DNA from: Takakia lepidozioides | Taxonomy: Eukaryota > Plantae > Bryophyta | DNA length: 64,000 nucleotides | NCBI GenBank assembly: GCA_030704615.1 | Contig: CM060732.1 | Span: forward strand, 53,382,001 to 53,446,000 | Direction of reading: 5' to 3' | Shown: in pieces, positions 1 through 13,209 of the stretch | How the letters are laid out: each line of letters begins with the position of its first letter | How positions within the stretch are numbered: the first letter of the stretch is position 1 | Translations under genes and position numbers: made by a program | The notes under the pieces: model-generated | Told to the model about the DNA's origin: nothing | The model's input: only the letters and a program-made list of their open reading frames with translations | Databases searched by the model: none

Positions 1-1386
1 GGTCCAAGTTTCATCCGTGTGACATCGGTAGGAGCTGAAAAAACTTTGTGTCAGTATAGCTGCTGATGGAAACCTGTTCTTGTATTTGTTGCTGAAAGTG
101 CTCCCTGAGCAGTTCTTAACCTCCTGTTTTTGGTTGGGTTGCAACATGTATAATAGGCAATGGCACCGAGTTGCAAAGCAGATCCTGGGGAGAGAAAGCA
201 AAGAAGTGATTGGTAGTTGATAACTTGATTGGAGTCAAAGGTACCTGATCAAGATATCTTGATTTCAAGGTCAATAAATTAGGAAGCAACAGATATGGTT
301 GGAGGACTCCTGCAGGCCCAACAGACCTTTTGTCATATGGGATTTCAAGTAAGAAAGTCAGGGTTGCCTCCCTAAATAGTTTCCACATGAATACTTCTCT
401 CGCCGAAGCCATAACAGCTTTTGTTGATCAGATTGTGCATTAACTTTGGCAAATTTCTGGCTTCAGTGTAAATTTTTTGCTGTGGTAAGCACCTGATTGG
501 AAGGTTGAATGCTGCTACTAGCAGTTTTAAGTTGCTGCTGTTTTTTCATGGCAAGTCAAGGTGGCAGCAGCCATGGAATGGGGCTGTGTTACGGAGGAGA
601 CAGGGTCCATCCTTGATTGACTAGCCCTTGACAGTGCATTCGGCTTGGCAGACAGCGGCAATGTTGTCATTCCCAAGCAAAGAGTGGAGCCATGTACAGG
701 TGCATGGGGTTTCCAATAGGAGTGCCTGAAAACGCGTCCACTGAATTGCCGGAAATTTTGTTTGTCCAAATAATATGTTAAGGAAATGACACTACTGGGC
801 AATTTGCTGAAGTCCTGCTCAGAAGTTGAGGGACAAAGAATGTTGTATAGCAACATGGGTGACGCAAGTAGTAGTTGCTCGAGAACCTTCCTAATGAAGA
901 TATCTAGGAAAGCCGCTTCTGGTGGCAAGCAAGCAGGCGACTTATCCACAGTTTCTGTGAGCCCTCAAATTTCCACTACATTGACAAAAGGAGAAAGAAA
1001 GAAAGAGACTCTTGTCCAGGGGAAGCTCAAGTAGCTTACGCGAGACAATTACTGGTTGGCAGTTGTAATTCTTCTCACTCGAGATAGAAGAAAACAATTC
1101 TTCCTGCACTTGCTGCTATAGTCAAACCATGGCCTTCTATCACAACAGAAAAAGAAAACCCTCACCGCAAAGACCATCAAGACTCGAGGATCTGTGAGAG
1201 TTGTTATGAATGCGGTACAAAATTCCTTGATTGTACAAGTTTGAAGCTCAAGATTACAACAATTCAAGGTTTCACATCAGTGTATACCTGCCAATACTTG
1301 TCTTGGGTTAACGGAAACTGTGCAGTGAACTACTCTAACTTGACTTCTACAAACCCAGCAGTTAACGTCGAACACAGATGGCCCGT

Positions 1387-2840
1387 CTATGGCAACGAAG
1401 TCAGGCTGAGCTCTAATGGAAATCCGTTGAATCCATCTTCTGGCAGAGACTGAGAAACCAGCGGGGGCCGGGTCCACTCCCATGATTTCTCCACCAGGTC
1501 GTAGATCAAACTTGATGACCTCTCCCAAGAATCTGGCGAGGGGGATGCGGGTGTGGGTGCAGCCCCCCACGCAATGAAAAGGAGGGCATCCTTGTGTTCA
1601 GCATTGGCATATGCGATGACGTCGAACCCGTCTTTGAAGTGCACCCTCAAATTGTCCGGCATCTTCTCGACCAATTTGGATTTGTTTTTCTGGCGTTCGG
1701 GCCAGACCTGCCACACATGAATACTTCCAGTGGTGGCAGACTCGCGGACACTACTGATCATCCCAGTTTCCAGGAGGAATCCTACAGTGGAGGCAGACTC
1801 TTGAACCATAGTTATCAGGAACAAGCGGTCACATGATTCAGCCAGCTGAGCATACTTTTTGGGGGCGAAGTGGCTGTCCATGAAGCGCAGCTGTGCTGCG
1901 AACAGAGCCTTGAAAGTGCTCCACAGGCCTTTCTCAATATCATAGGCACCAATCCGGGTGATGTCATCACCCACACAATAAATCACTCCGTTGCAAACAA
2001 TAGGTCGCATCGGGGCATCGAAAGGCAGAGTGGCAGTCTGAGTCCACACATTTGTCGAGGACTCGTACACGTGCGTGGTCATGTCAGAATTATATGCCAC
2101 CACGATTGTGTAAGTACCTCTGCTTTTGTTCACCACAAGCGCTGCGAGAGAAGGCCTAGACTGGGCTCGCAATGAGGGAAGCATCCTCCATGCCTTCGTA
2201 ACGGGATTGGCAACCACCTGAGTAAAATGCATCCGAAACTTTTGAGAATCGAACTTTCCCCACCACACCTGCTGCTACTGTTGGAACAATATGCTAAAGC
2301 ATGGAAGCAACCAGCACTGAACTGATCAGTACATTAAAACCTGAAGGGAGACAAAACTGAATCCTGACGTTATGTTAGTAAGTGCGGGATTTTGTATACA
2401 ATCAGACTAATGTACGCACGCACAGAGACACAGAAATTCACAGGCCTGACTGCACAGAAACGCACCATCTCTGATCCCTTCGAGTCCGAACAAACAAAAA
2501 GAAGTCCTCCACCTCCGGTGACATCCATAATTTCGTACACAGAGAAAGGGAGAAACTTCAGTGGCAAGCGATACCAAAAATTCGAGCTGGGACAAAAAAT
2601 CAACCCGTCGTCGATATCCCTGTCTCCATCGAAATCCCTCTCACAGAAGAGAAAGTAAGAGCGTTGCTGAGGAACTTGGGACCAAAGATCGAGAAAATCT
2701 GGGGAGGACAGAAGGCCGTCCCATCGCTTGCAAACAGCACGCAGCCGAAGCAGCACAGAGATCGGCAGGTGTGCCAGTACCGCATCCATAAGCCCCTGTG
2801 GCAACCTTCCCCATATCCGTTCATTCATGCAGCTCTGCAT
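1387..2840 (-). CDS. F-box protein with kelch-like/F-box-associated beta-propeller, 2 exons (~418 aa)
   Basis: Exon 1 2840-2466 has F-box motif IWGRLPQGLMDAVLAHLPISVLLRLRAVCKRW; GT donor at 2465, CAG acceptor before 2268; exon 2 2268-1387 in phase 0 with VVANPVTKAWRMLP, VYESSTNVW, IVCNGVIYC motifs. Confidence 0.9.
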
Positions 2841-3238
2841 TTCTCCCTGTTCAGATCTCTCAAAGTATGCGGAAAAAAAACTCGGAAACAACCACAAACA
2901 AGCCACACCAACAACAATCCCAAGCTCTCTAGACTCTATTTCCTGCACTGCAAATCGCAAGATTGCACAGAATCCAACACAGTCTGAGCAGGGAAGAACG
3001 CTCTTAATTTGTAGCTGCGAGATGAAGGCACTTTGGCGGGAATATATCGTGTACATGTATTCGTATCCCGTATGTCAAATGTCGCTACATACCCTTACCA
3101 TCAATTTTCGCCGCCCTCATTACTTCGCCGCCAAAGCCACCTGCAGGTTCGGGACCACAGCTTCAGCCTCGGGACGAACCCGCCCTGCCCAGCATAGGGT
3201 TGGATGCCCAATTACTCTGGACTGCCAAAATAAACGGA

Positions 3239-6200
3239 TTTTTTTTAAAAACAAAACATAAATTTTGAAGAGAAGGGGGACGGAGGCCCTTTTACTCAAA
3301 TTAATTAAAAAGAAATATAACAACAGGTGGAAAAAATAACCACCTAGGAAGGCCGTGAAGGCTAACTGAAGGGGAACTTCCCCGGAGCCAAAGCTAACTT
3401 GCTACATGAGGTGCTAGACAGGGGGGAAGATTGTTGGTAGCTAGAAGGTAAGTACGAGCATGCTGGAATATGGTTCCAAAGGGGGCAGCGAGAGCGGGGT
3501 GGAGGAATCAGGGGCAGTAGAAGTAGAAGTAAGCCCAAACGAGAAAGACGAGCTGACTGCCGAGGCTGTTGCAGGCTGCCTGCATTCTACCTGCTTGACA
3601 GAGGCAAATTAGGTGTGCCCCAAATCAGCAATGGAGATCAAAGCAATGTCATTGAAGCATTTATGCGCTTCCAGTAGGAGCCACTGTTTAAGCCAGCAAG
3701 GAACATCCTATGAAGCACACGTAAAAGAGCTAAAAACGAAGCTGAGATCGGGACTTTGTAACGCGAGCCTTCTTATGTCTCTTTTTAAAGTCACCGTCAT
3801 CCCCATCACCAGGAGACCTCCCAGTCCGCGGGGATAGTGCCATGCCAGCAGAAACGCAAAGAGGGAAGGTTGGTGCCGAGTGTGCCATTTTTCCCCCATG
3901 ACTGGAGAAAATCATTGAGCAGCTTGGTCCCGCGTTGTTGTCACAGATCTGGAAATAGCTGCAGTTAAGATGCCCCATGCTTTCCTCCCCTCAGTGAGCA
4001 GGTCATGGTAGATACAAAACAGAATTGACCTGCCTCTGGGGGGTCTTCCCTCATAAACAAAAGAACACCTAGCCTTCCAGAGATGCCAAAGAGTAAGTGC
4101 CCTAAGACAAGCCCAAACAGGGCACAAAGGCAAGCTGTGAGCAAGTTCAACAGCGGCAAAGAAATGGGGGGAGGGGATGGGAAAAGATCCCAGTTAGAGT
4201 ATCACCATTTTCCACACTCTTGTAGGGAGATTACACTCTGCTAAGCAATGTTTGATTGACTCAGGCAGAGTTAAACACAAGTTGCAGCAGGTGTTGTTAA
4301 GCATGGTAGCAGCATTGACTGGCAAGATCCTATGTGCCAACTTCCACAAAAAGCCTGAGATCTTAGCTGCTTTTGGCTTCCTCCGGATATCTTTCCATAC
4401 CTTATCCCAGGTTTGCTGCGATGGAGGTGACTCCATTTCAAATTCCATTTGTGAAGAAAAGATCGGGGAGGCCTTAATAGCAAGTAGGCCATCTTCACTG
4501 AGTAGGCAAAAAAGGGTGAGTGGTGGGAGTCCATCCAGCTCTATTCCCCTGGGTCAAACTATAGGGAAGCCAAGGGGTATTTAAGAAACCACATGAAAGT
4601 AGAATGCCGAGCCCATGTCAGCTCTTGACCCATTGGAGGGCTTGGGTTTGGATTTCCTTTGGAATCAAGCACCCTTATGGGAAATAGAGAACTCTTCGGC
4701 AGATCCATCATTCCATCGAGTTGAAGAGTCCTATGAAAGTCAGCTACAAAGGCTATACCAGAGGCTGTATGCCCAGTTACCGCTAGGACCAAGAGGACGG
4801 TGTTACCTCTATGCAGAGTCGAAGCCGTCCAGGTGGGTGGAGACCACGAGGAATCTCCATCTCTGAGCAGTGGCTTCATATATTCCGATACTTCATCAAG
4901 TAGCGCAGGCCATGCCCTGGCTCGTCTCGGGCCAAGAATAGGGCTGACTGCTTTTGCAGCCAAGAAATGGTTCTGGTCCCAGATGCTGTCCATATGGGTA
5001 AACCCACAATGCTCCCAGAATGCCCATTTTGGGTTATGGTCAATCAGCATACCAGAGTCTATGTTATAGTTTGCAAAGAGCGGCTGGCGGGAACATTCAG
5101 CGTAATTGAGAGGAATTCTTTGAGTAAGGGAACCTCTTATGGATTGCCAAGCTGCCCATATTGACTGCCAAGGTCTCGATCCCATGTGCACATTCGCATT
5201 CTTGCCTTGCACTACCCATCGTAATGATTGAGTCCATAGCGGGGAGGAGGTGGGATGCGCACCCATGAGATAAGGTTGAATGAGCTTGCTCCAAGGACTG
5301 TGACGATGAATCAAGGCTCTGGGGATCCATTTGGCTAAAAGCGCCTTGATTTGCGTTGCAGGATCAATAATCCCAAACCCTCCCTTCTTCTTAGGTTGAC
5401 AAAGTTGATCCCATGAGATGAGGGCACGTCTCACGGGAGAGTGTGTGGTTGCCCCCCAAATAAAATTCCTGACTAGAGCTTTGATCTCATTCGTGAGCTT
5501 GGTTCCTGGATCCTAGACTGCAGTAGAGAACCAAGTGGAGGTGAGAAGTACTTGGTTGGCCACCAAGGCTCTTCCCGCTATGGACATCATGGCTGAACTC
5601 CAGTGAGCAAAAGATCTCTTCAACCTGGAAATAACACACACTCAAGATGCTTTGTTGGGACAGGTTGAGACCAATCTGATGTCTCAGAAGTGTGTGGGAC
5701 TCCCCTTCATGAAGCCAATTGAGACCAATGTCTTGTTCCCAGGGGTCGCAGTATGATGAGGTAGCTTGGTTCTGCAACAACGAGAGCAGGCCCATGGACT
5801 TTCGCCAATTGATCTTCAACCTCGAGCCTAAACAGAATATCTGTAGGGCCTGAAGAGCACGTTGGATATTGTCCCTATTTGAATTATCCAACAACAGGGT
5901 GGTATCATCGGCATACATGGAAAGCTTGACCATTTCAGATACGAAGGTAGGCAAATGAAGACCCACTATATCATGTCTTGCCTGAAAAAGATGCCCAAGA
6001 GAGTCTGTCACGATGAGGAAAAGAAATGGAGCTAAAGGGCATCCTTGCCTAACCGACCTAGAGATAGGAAAGGAATGAGATATAACCCCGTTCACCATGA
6101 CTTTGCTTGAGGCCGAATGCAGCAGAATCTGAACCCACGTCAGGAAATTGCCTCCCAGCCCTGATTTATGTAGAGCAGCAAGAAGGAAGGTCCAATCAAT

Positions 6201-7560
6201 TGAATCAAAAGCTTTTTCAAAGTCCAGCATTAAAAACACTAAAGGCTGATTGTTCAAGGTAGCTCTATGGAGGGCCTCATGTGCCAACAAAATGTTATCC
6301 AAAATCATGCGGTCTTTGAGGAAACCAGACTGCTCTTTCCTGATGAGTTTTGGTAACAATGGTTGCAACTAGATAGAAGCCCCTGCCCATGGAAAGGCAG
6401 AAATGTTGAGCGAGCCCGCCTTCTGCTCCAAGGTGCTGAACGATCCACTTACGCACCCAACACCTGGGGCTCAGCTTTCCCGGGAAATAAAGAAGAATCC
6501 CTCTCTGTGACAACTTTTGCGCTTGTGACTGAAGTTTCGCTTTGTCCAGGGCTAGTACAGGCTGCTCATCATCTCCCTGTGGTATTGAGTTTTCCCAAAT
6601 TTCATCATCCGAGTGAGGGGACTGCGCATTATCTGTGGAGCTCGGTCCTTTGCCCAGGATAGAGTCCTTTGAGCCATTTGGTGCGTAGTTGGGTTTGAGG
6701 ATCCACTTCGTTTTGCCACCTCTGAATGCCAGCGCCGAGTTATCCCGAGTCTTCGAACCAGTACGCATGGTCGAGCCACCCCAGCTTCCGTGCTTGCTTG
6801 TGGTACCTCGAGCACTCATGGTTGAACGAGGGGAGCGGCCTACTGTCACCTGCAACATGCAGCACACACCAGCATGAAGAACTTCGCCCTCCAAGAGTGT
6901 GATAGAGAGAGACCTTGAACATGAGATAAGCAGCAGATTTAAAATGAGACACAACAGCTGAGTAGAGCAATCATAAACAAAGAAGGCACGACTGCCCAAT
7001 TTTCCAGCATGGGGGTGCTTGAAAATCAACAAAAGATACTCAAGATTGTGGGGGACAAACAACCCGCTAGGGAGGAATTGATGTTGGACTGGCGGAGTTG
7101 AGTATGGTATCAAGAGAGAGATAAGAGGGGAAGTAGAGTTGAATAAGATCCTGAAACTTGAAGAAAAAGGGAGCCGGAACACATCCCTGTTCTGATCAGC
7201 CGTCAAGAGGGTGCTCTCATTAAGGAACAAGAGCCGCGGGCAATGTAGGCGCCGTTCTCATCAATCTCAGTATCCTCTCGCGGAGAACGAGGTGGCGGGA
7301 GTGTTGTTCGATTGCTGGAGAGCGCATCGGAGCTTTATCGAGGTCATAAAATTATCAGTGAAAGGCGGCTTCATCAGAGCTGAGGAGCAGCATTTTGTCT
7401 GATCATGCGGAAACGCAGCAGTTCGGCTTGTCAGCTCATTGATGTGAATAAGCTGGGAAGCACTCGTGGATGATGGAGTGAGAGTGCGTCAGTGAAGAAG
7501 AGAGTAAAGAGGGGGAGAAGCGGAAATCTGTTAGCTGGATAGATGTTGAGATTTGGGGGT
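3239..7560 (-). mobile_element. L1/Tx1-type LINE, degenerate and internally deleted (5' boundary uncertain)
   Basis: ORF1-like N-terminus from ATG 6819 (RGILLYFPG...SMGRGFYLV, DUF4283-like); RT 6368-5487 (EQSGF, LDFEKAFD, SVRQGCPLAP, YADD); ISWDQLCQPKKKGGFGI at ~5420; zf-RVT (FLWKLAHRILP...CNLC...ESIKHCLAEC) 4448-4194; short poly(A) at 3246-3239; frameshifts between ORFs. Confidence 0.88.
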
Positions 7561-7876
7561 AAAGCCAGGGAGACAAGTCAGCTTTAGTAAAGATGACGCT
7601 TAGATAACTCTTCTGCCACTAGGAGGTACTTGAAGCTGCAACTAGCATCAGTACATTCATGAGCACGAGAGTTTGTCCTTGATGGGTGAGCGGGAAAGAG
7701 CTTGAGAAAATCTAAGTCCCAGAGCTCTCTCACCGCAACATGCGGAGCCATCTCGCCCTCTCCTTCCCTGCGTGATATAATTAGTATCCAACAGATTGGA
7801 ATCCACCATCGCATCTCCGAGCTTCTGAGTGATACATATACACGTTTCTATTAATTAATTGATTCATGTTTGCTGT

Positions 7877-8390
7877 TTTTTTTTGGGGGCCCTGCCTTTG
7901 CAGAGCCCACTATTTATTAATTTAGTAGGTAGTAAGAGGGGGGGGGGGGGGGGGGGGGGTTCCCTTATATAGCCTCCCAGGGCGGTGGGACTCTTCTAGA
8001 AGCCCACCGACCCCGGGACCCTTCTAGAAGGCCCTGGACACATCTCAACCCTACAAGACTCCCTATTCTAAATTTGGCCAATTTCTCCCTTCTTTTTTTG
8101 GACCCCCTCATCTCATTTCTTAATACACGTGGCCTCCCTACATATGCACCCCACTCTAATTCATGGGCCACAGTAATTCCTGGACCACTCTAGAATCAGG
8201 GCCGGATTGAAACTGTAAAATTATGAGGCCTCTGTCCCACTTCTCTAAATTTTAAAAAACACCCATGTTAACTAAAACACCCCTGTGCGTACCAACGCTC
8301 TTCTCCCCCTTCCCGGGGCGGTGTCGCGTCGGAAAGCCTTCACGGCGAGGTTACTATGAAAGAGGTTATTTTCTCCTCTCACTATCAAGG
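7877..8390 (-). mobile_element. Probable 3' fragment of a second LINE
   Basis: Poly(T) on + at 7877-7884 next to an AATAAA-like signal on -, 22-nt G run 7938-7959, architecture similar to the 3' end at 3239-3340; no clear protein motif. Confidence 0.3.
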
Positions 8391-8649
8391 GCCTGATTTG
8401 TGAGCCGTCACTCCCAGGTGTTTCCCTTTAAAATAATAAAAACAAAAACAAATAAAAACAAATAAAAACATAGCATAACAAAAAGTTTGATCTTGGGCCG
8501 ACGTTGAAATCACCAGTGCTTGTCTCCCTGAAATTTTGTATGTCAAAACAAATCGTGGAAATGTCCAAATTGCATGCGAAATCGGGAGCGGATTCCACAC
8601 ACTTTTTTTTTTTGGCACAAGTGAGGCAACACACACTGTTTTTAAATCT

Positions 8650-9780
8650 GTCGAAAACTCGCCAGATTTCGACCTGCCGGCTACTTTTATAAAGTAATAT
8701 ATATATATATATATATATAAAGGAATTTTGGGAGTAAAAATCCAAAAATTCGCCAGAAAGCGCCAATGGTTAAATATTAGGAGCCAGAATTTTCCTACGT
8801 GGACCTGTTCAAATGTGACACCGTTATATAGCCACTTTTCTAAGCCTGCCACCTAGTTATTCTCGCCACATGGGCACTGGATAGAATTTACATGTAGCCT
8901 TTGTGGCGATTTTGGAAAAGTGACACAAACAACACTGATTCCACACCGTAATTGAGTGAAGCATAGGGGTGCAAATTTGCGCCGAGAATATGCAGATCTG
9001 ATTGGCCCTCTTTTGTACATTAGGGATGCGGTAGCTGAAGCTGTGAACAGTTTGGCTGGCTATTGTTTTCTTTTTATATTATTTATCATTGCATTTTTCT
9101 ATCCAATAGCAGCATTTGTTACCATGCCCACCTTCTGAACATCTCTAACACTTCATTCTAATTTGGAACCTTTTTTTAGGTGGTTGCATCCATGTTTGGG
9201 CCGGGGTGTTCTTTTCTCTAGCAAAATATCGCCAGATTTTGACCTGGAAAATGGGTCAACTACTTGTACAAAAGTATTTTTATAAAAAAAAGGGTGGTAA
9301 AAATAGAAAATTGAGCATGAATATCAGGAGCCTGATTTTGCCTACGTGGACCTGTTAGAACGTGCCAACTGTTATACAGCCACTTTTCCAACCCTGCCAC
9401 CTCGTTACTCTCGCCACATGGGCGCTGGGTAGAATTTGCATGTGGCCCTTGTGGCGATTTTGGATATTGAAAAACAGAACACTGATTTGTGAATCTGTCT
9501 TCAGTCTATATCTTATGGTCTTTTGTTCATTTTTCAAAAGCTGCTAGCGGGGCCACTTGTCTATTCTACCCAATCCTATTTTACTATAAAAACGAGCTGG
9601 CACCACTAGATAAGTGATTGGATGACAGCTGGCATGTTATGATAGGTCCATGTTGGCCATCAATGTTCCGAACCCAGTGTCTTCTGGCAAAATTCCCGAA
9701 ATTTATACTGCAAATTTCTATTGCACATGTAGCTAAGCCATTTTTCAGGTCGAAATCTGGCAAATTTTTGCCAGATTTAT
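8650..9780. repeat. Diverged repeat family, two direct copies (~8655-8915, ~9225-9465) and one inverted partial copy (~9720-9770); MITE-like
   Basis: Shared blocks gccagatttYgacctg and cctacgtggacctgtt...cagccacttttc...tctcgccacatgggc...tgtggcgatttt; caggtcgaaatctggcaaatttt is the reverse complement of the first block. Confidence 0.7.
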
Positions 9781-10758
9781 AAACACTACTCATGGTGGCT
9801 GATCATGTTTAGCATGCCAATAGCCCTGCAAGAAGCCAATTTCAGGTATTTCCTGCTTTTTAATGTGGAGAAACGCATGTAATGTAATATATGATGAAAA
9901 CTAGTCTATTGACCAAGCTTGGTTTAAGGTCCTCAATGTTTTTGTTGTTGTTATTGTTTTTTATTAAAAAAAAAAAGGGAGTGGACACCCTCAAACTTTA
10001 TAAACGAAGGGGACAAACATATGCGAAAAAGGGGAAAATAACCTTTGGTGGGTGCCAAAGAGGCTGAACCAGGAAGACACTGCTTCGAAAATCAAAAGAG
10101 CAAAAGTCAGCAAAGAGAGAGAGTCTATAGGGAACAAAAGAGGATAAAAGAATATAGAACCAGGAAGTCACTGTGTCGGCCTGAAAGAACAGGAGTCTGC
10201 ATAGGGATAGAAGCATATGAAAAAGAGAGAAAGGGGAGTTGCTTAGAAAGAACTAGAGCTTCTTCTTGCTGAAGCTATTGAAAGAGAGTTGCACTTTGGA
10301 CCTTCCTTTTCCAAAAGATCTGCGGTGCCTCAAGTTAACCTTGGGCTCCTCACCCTCCAAAATGGAGCATTTAGCACTAAGAGAGCTGTTTTCTTTTGTT
10401 TTAGGGTTTTACGGGATACTATAGCACCATTGTGTCCGGGTATCCGACTGTCTAGAGCATATTCAAGCTCCCATGTCCCATGAGTTATCAAATTCAGCGA
10501 GCAGTTGAGATTGATAACTCACGGATATTTCTATAGTTGTAATAGTTGTAAGAGATACTCTTATTTACGCTAGCTCCGGCTACCCTTATAATTATATATG
10601 TATAAAGTTATGCCAATGAAAACATATGTGTCTGACGCATGCTACAAAGCAAGATGTATTATGTGAAGATGGAAGAGACTTACTGTATGATAAGTTAGTT
10701 TGGTAATGTAGAAGTTACATCAAGGTATTGTTAGATCTTGATAAGAATATTGTAACTA

Positions 10759-12221
10759 CTAACTAATACTCAACCCTATCATTTTTTTCCTAAGATAGCT
10801 TGAAACAGTGGGATGTTTCCTCATTCCAAGCAAAGAGGTCTGAAGAACCTTGAGAAGATAACAACCATCAGTCTCCACGGTCTGGAATGGTTTGAGAACA
10901 AGACATGAGTCGAGTGGGTTCAATACACACTTCATGGCAGTGTCGTCAATGAGCAGAGTGTTACTCTTGGTGTATGGTCCACCAAATCTCTGCCAGACCT
11001 TGACCAGTGGCTTCAAAAACAAATGAGTATCCAATCCTCACTACAACAGATCGCGATATTTATGACTGTATATATGACTACTCTGCAGTCATAAACGGTA
11101 CATATGACTTCTATGACTATAAGTCGTGCAAACCAAGTGAATACAATGAGTACAGGATGGTACGGTCCGGATGACTACAGTTAGATGAACCAAGTAATAT
11201 CTCTCACTGCAGTCATATATACCATACTGCAGTCGCCGCTGCCGCGCCACGTGACGAGACGCAATTGATTAATAATAATAATTTAATTTAAATTAAAACT
11301 AAAAAATTAAAAGCATATGTCAGATGCCGCGTCGCACCGCATTGTGCCACGTGGCATAATGTATTTTATAATTTAAAAAAAACCACGTGACAGCCCATCT
11401 AGGGTACCACGTGCTATCCCTAGCTTGCCTACTAACCCTAGGGCCATCTTATCCATTTGATTGTACTTAGAGGAGTTTGAACCTGCAACCTCTTTACTAT
11501 AAGAGTTATAGTTCACTACTTGCTAACCAATACACACATTAGTCATTCATGTGATCATATGGTGTTTTCATTGTATTATACACACCAAATTACAAAATCC
11601 CCAGTAGTCATCATGACTATGTAACCTCATCCATGTACACTGTAGTCATGGAAATGACTATGAATGGTGAGCTAAATCTGGTCAATTGTCGTTGACTAGC
11701 CTTCCGCCCATTCCGGAGCCATGTAGTCATACAGATGACTACGGAGGTCAATTTCATATAAAAACATGGTACAGTCATGGTCAAAGTCAAGAAAACCATG
11801 ACTACCACGGTTTGGCAGTCATAACTACCGCGATTTGTTGTGATGCCTGATTTGAATTGAGGTGAACCGAAGTAGGACATGAAATACAATCCTCTTGAGA
11901 CATAACGAAGGCCGGTTGAGATAGACCACGAAGGGAAAAATCCAGGATGGGCTGCAAGTTCTTGCACATCATAGAGCTCCAAATCCCTAATCGGAAGTGT
12001 TTGTGCAACTCTATCCACACTTCGCGATATTTCTCTCGTCTAAAGATAAGTCGGAATCCGAGAATAGCTGGAATTTTGTAGTCCGATTCTGAAAACCGGG
12101 GGACATTGTAGCTCTTCTGGTGCTTCAAGATTTTGCACAAGACTCCATTCACGTCAAAAATAATCAAACGCAACCCTTGCGCAGGAGGATAAACAGGTGC
12201 TCCAATCTGCCAGAGAGTCAT
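10759..12221 (-). pseudogene. FCP1/SCP (NIF, HAD-superfamily) phosphatase-like pseudogene, copy 2, split by a CACTA element
   Basis: LRLIIFDVNGVL (motif I variant), LGIWSSMMCKN, FLKPL, NTLLIDDTAMKCVLNP (motif IV); removing 11039-11848 joins SPQFKSG to LDTHLFLKPL in frame; one additional frameshift near 11860-11890. Confidence 0.85.
11039..11845. mobile_element. Non-autonomous CACTA (En/Spm) element, 807 bp
   Basis: Left terminus CACTACAACAGATCGCG, right terminus CGCGATTTGTTGTGATG (imperfect TIR); 3-bp TSD CCT at 11036-11038 and 11846-11848; many ATGACTA/TAGTCAT subterminal motifs. Confidence 0.88.
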
Positions 12222-12326
12222 TCATACTTAGGATGATAAAATGGAACAATACAATGCATTGGAAAAACCGACACCAGGCAAGTGAACAAGAACGTTCACT
12301 GGACAGCCGAGGTTCACCAAACTCAA

Positions 12327-13145
12327 TTAAAATATTTTATATCCCAATGCAGCGGCACGCAACTCGTGATTGCTAAGGAACTTCTGCCACCTATAATCAA
12401 AGTCTCTAAGAAATTTGACCGATGGGTCATCCTCGAAGAAATCCTTTGTAACGCCAAAATGATGTAGCTCGTTGAATGGCATGACATCCATCCCCGATAA
12501 CCGAAACATGTTAAGGTGAGGCTTGAGCTCTTCCAGTAGAAATTTATCTCTGTCAGGGTCCACGCGCGCCTTACATTTTGGAAGGAAGATGGTATGTCCT
12601 AACGGATTCAAGTAGGACTTGTACATATTGTCTATAGTGTCGATGAGGAGAGTATTGGATTTGTAAGCTGTCGGGTCTTCCTCAGCAAAAATGTCGTAAA
12701 GACATTTAAAGTAGATGGGATTTTTGGGAGCTTTAGGCCATTTTTTGTTGAATGTTGATCTATGCATGACGGAATTCTCACTGCTGTAAGTTCTGACCTG
12801 GGAATAGTACTTCCCGAACACGGCCTTAGCGATAGTCTCGACGTTCATTTCAGGTCCAGTGTTCCAAAAACAAACGGCAAACTTTTTGACGGCCCACTTA
12901 ACGAATTCGTCAAGACCGTTTCGCGTAGCTAACTTGAATTTCCCTGCAGAAATACAAGGCTAGGTGACAGGAGGGGTTTTCTTTCCATCCTTTAGGTAAC
13001 CGATGTCCAGAACCAGGACGTAGTATCCCGGCCGGCATCCGTTCAGTCCCCAAGGAAGGGAATGCAGATCGTTTGGATTGACAGAAAAGGAATAGTCGAC
13101 TGGAGGGTAATGCATGTTGTCCTGTGGAATAACAGAAGAGTTCAT
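12327..13145 (-). pseudogene. FCP1/SCP phosphatase-like pseudogene, copy 1 (single in-frame TAG at 12962-12960)
   Basis: ORFs 13172-12960 and 12848-12327 are in the same frame; read-through gives YVLVLDIGYL...RNGLDEFVKWAVKKFAVCFWNTG...IYFKCL...SNTLLIDTIDNMYKSYLNP, matching FCP1-homology domain layout. Confidence 0.8.
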
Positions 13146-13209
13146 TATTAATTTCAATTTCAGAAATCCCAAAGTAGAGAAACGGAAAAATGGAGTTGAA
13201 AGCGTTACC

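Noticed and set aside
1-1050. ORFs 116-412, 527-949, 786-1034
   Set aside because: No recognisable motif or splice-consistent model
9901-9925. Possible Helitron 3' end on minus strand (ACCAAGCTTGGT palindrome then CTAG|T) bounding the cassette
   Set aside because: Short, common motifs with tight spacing; no 5' end or Rep/helicase found
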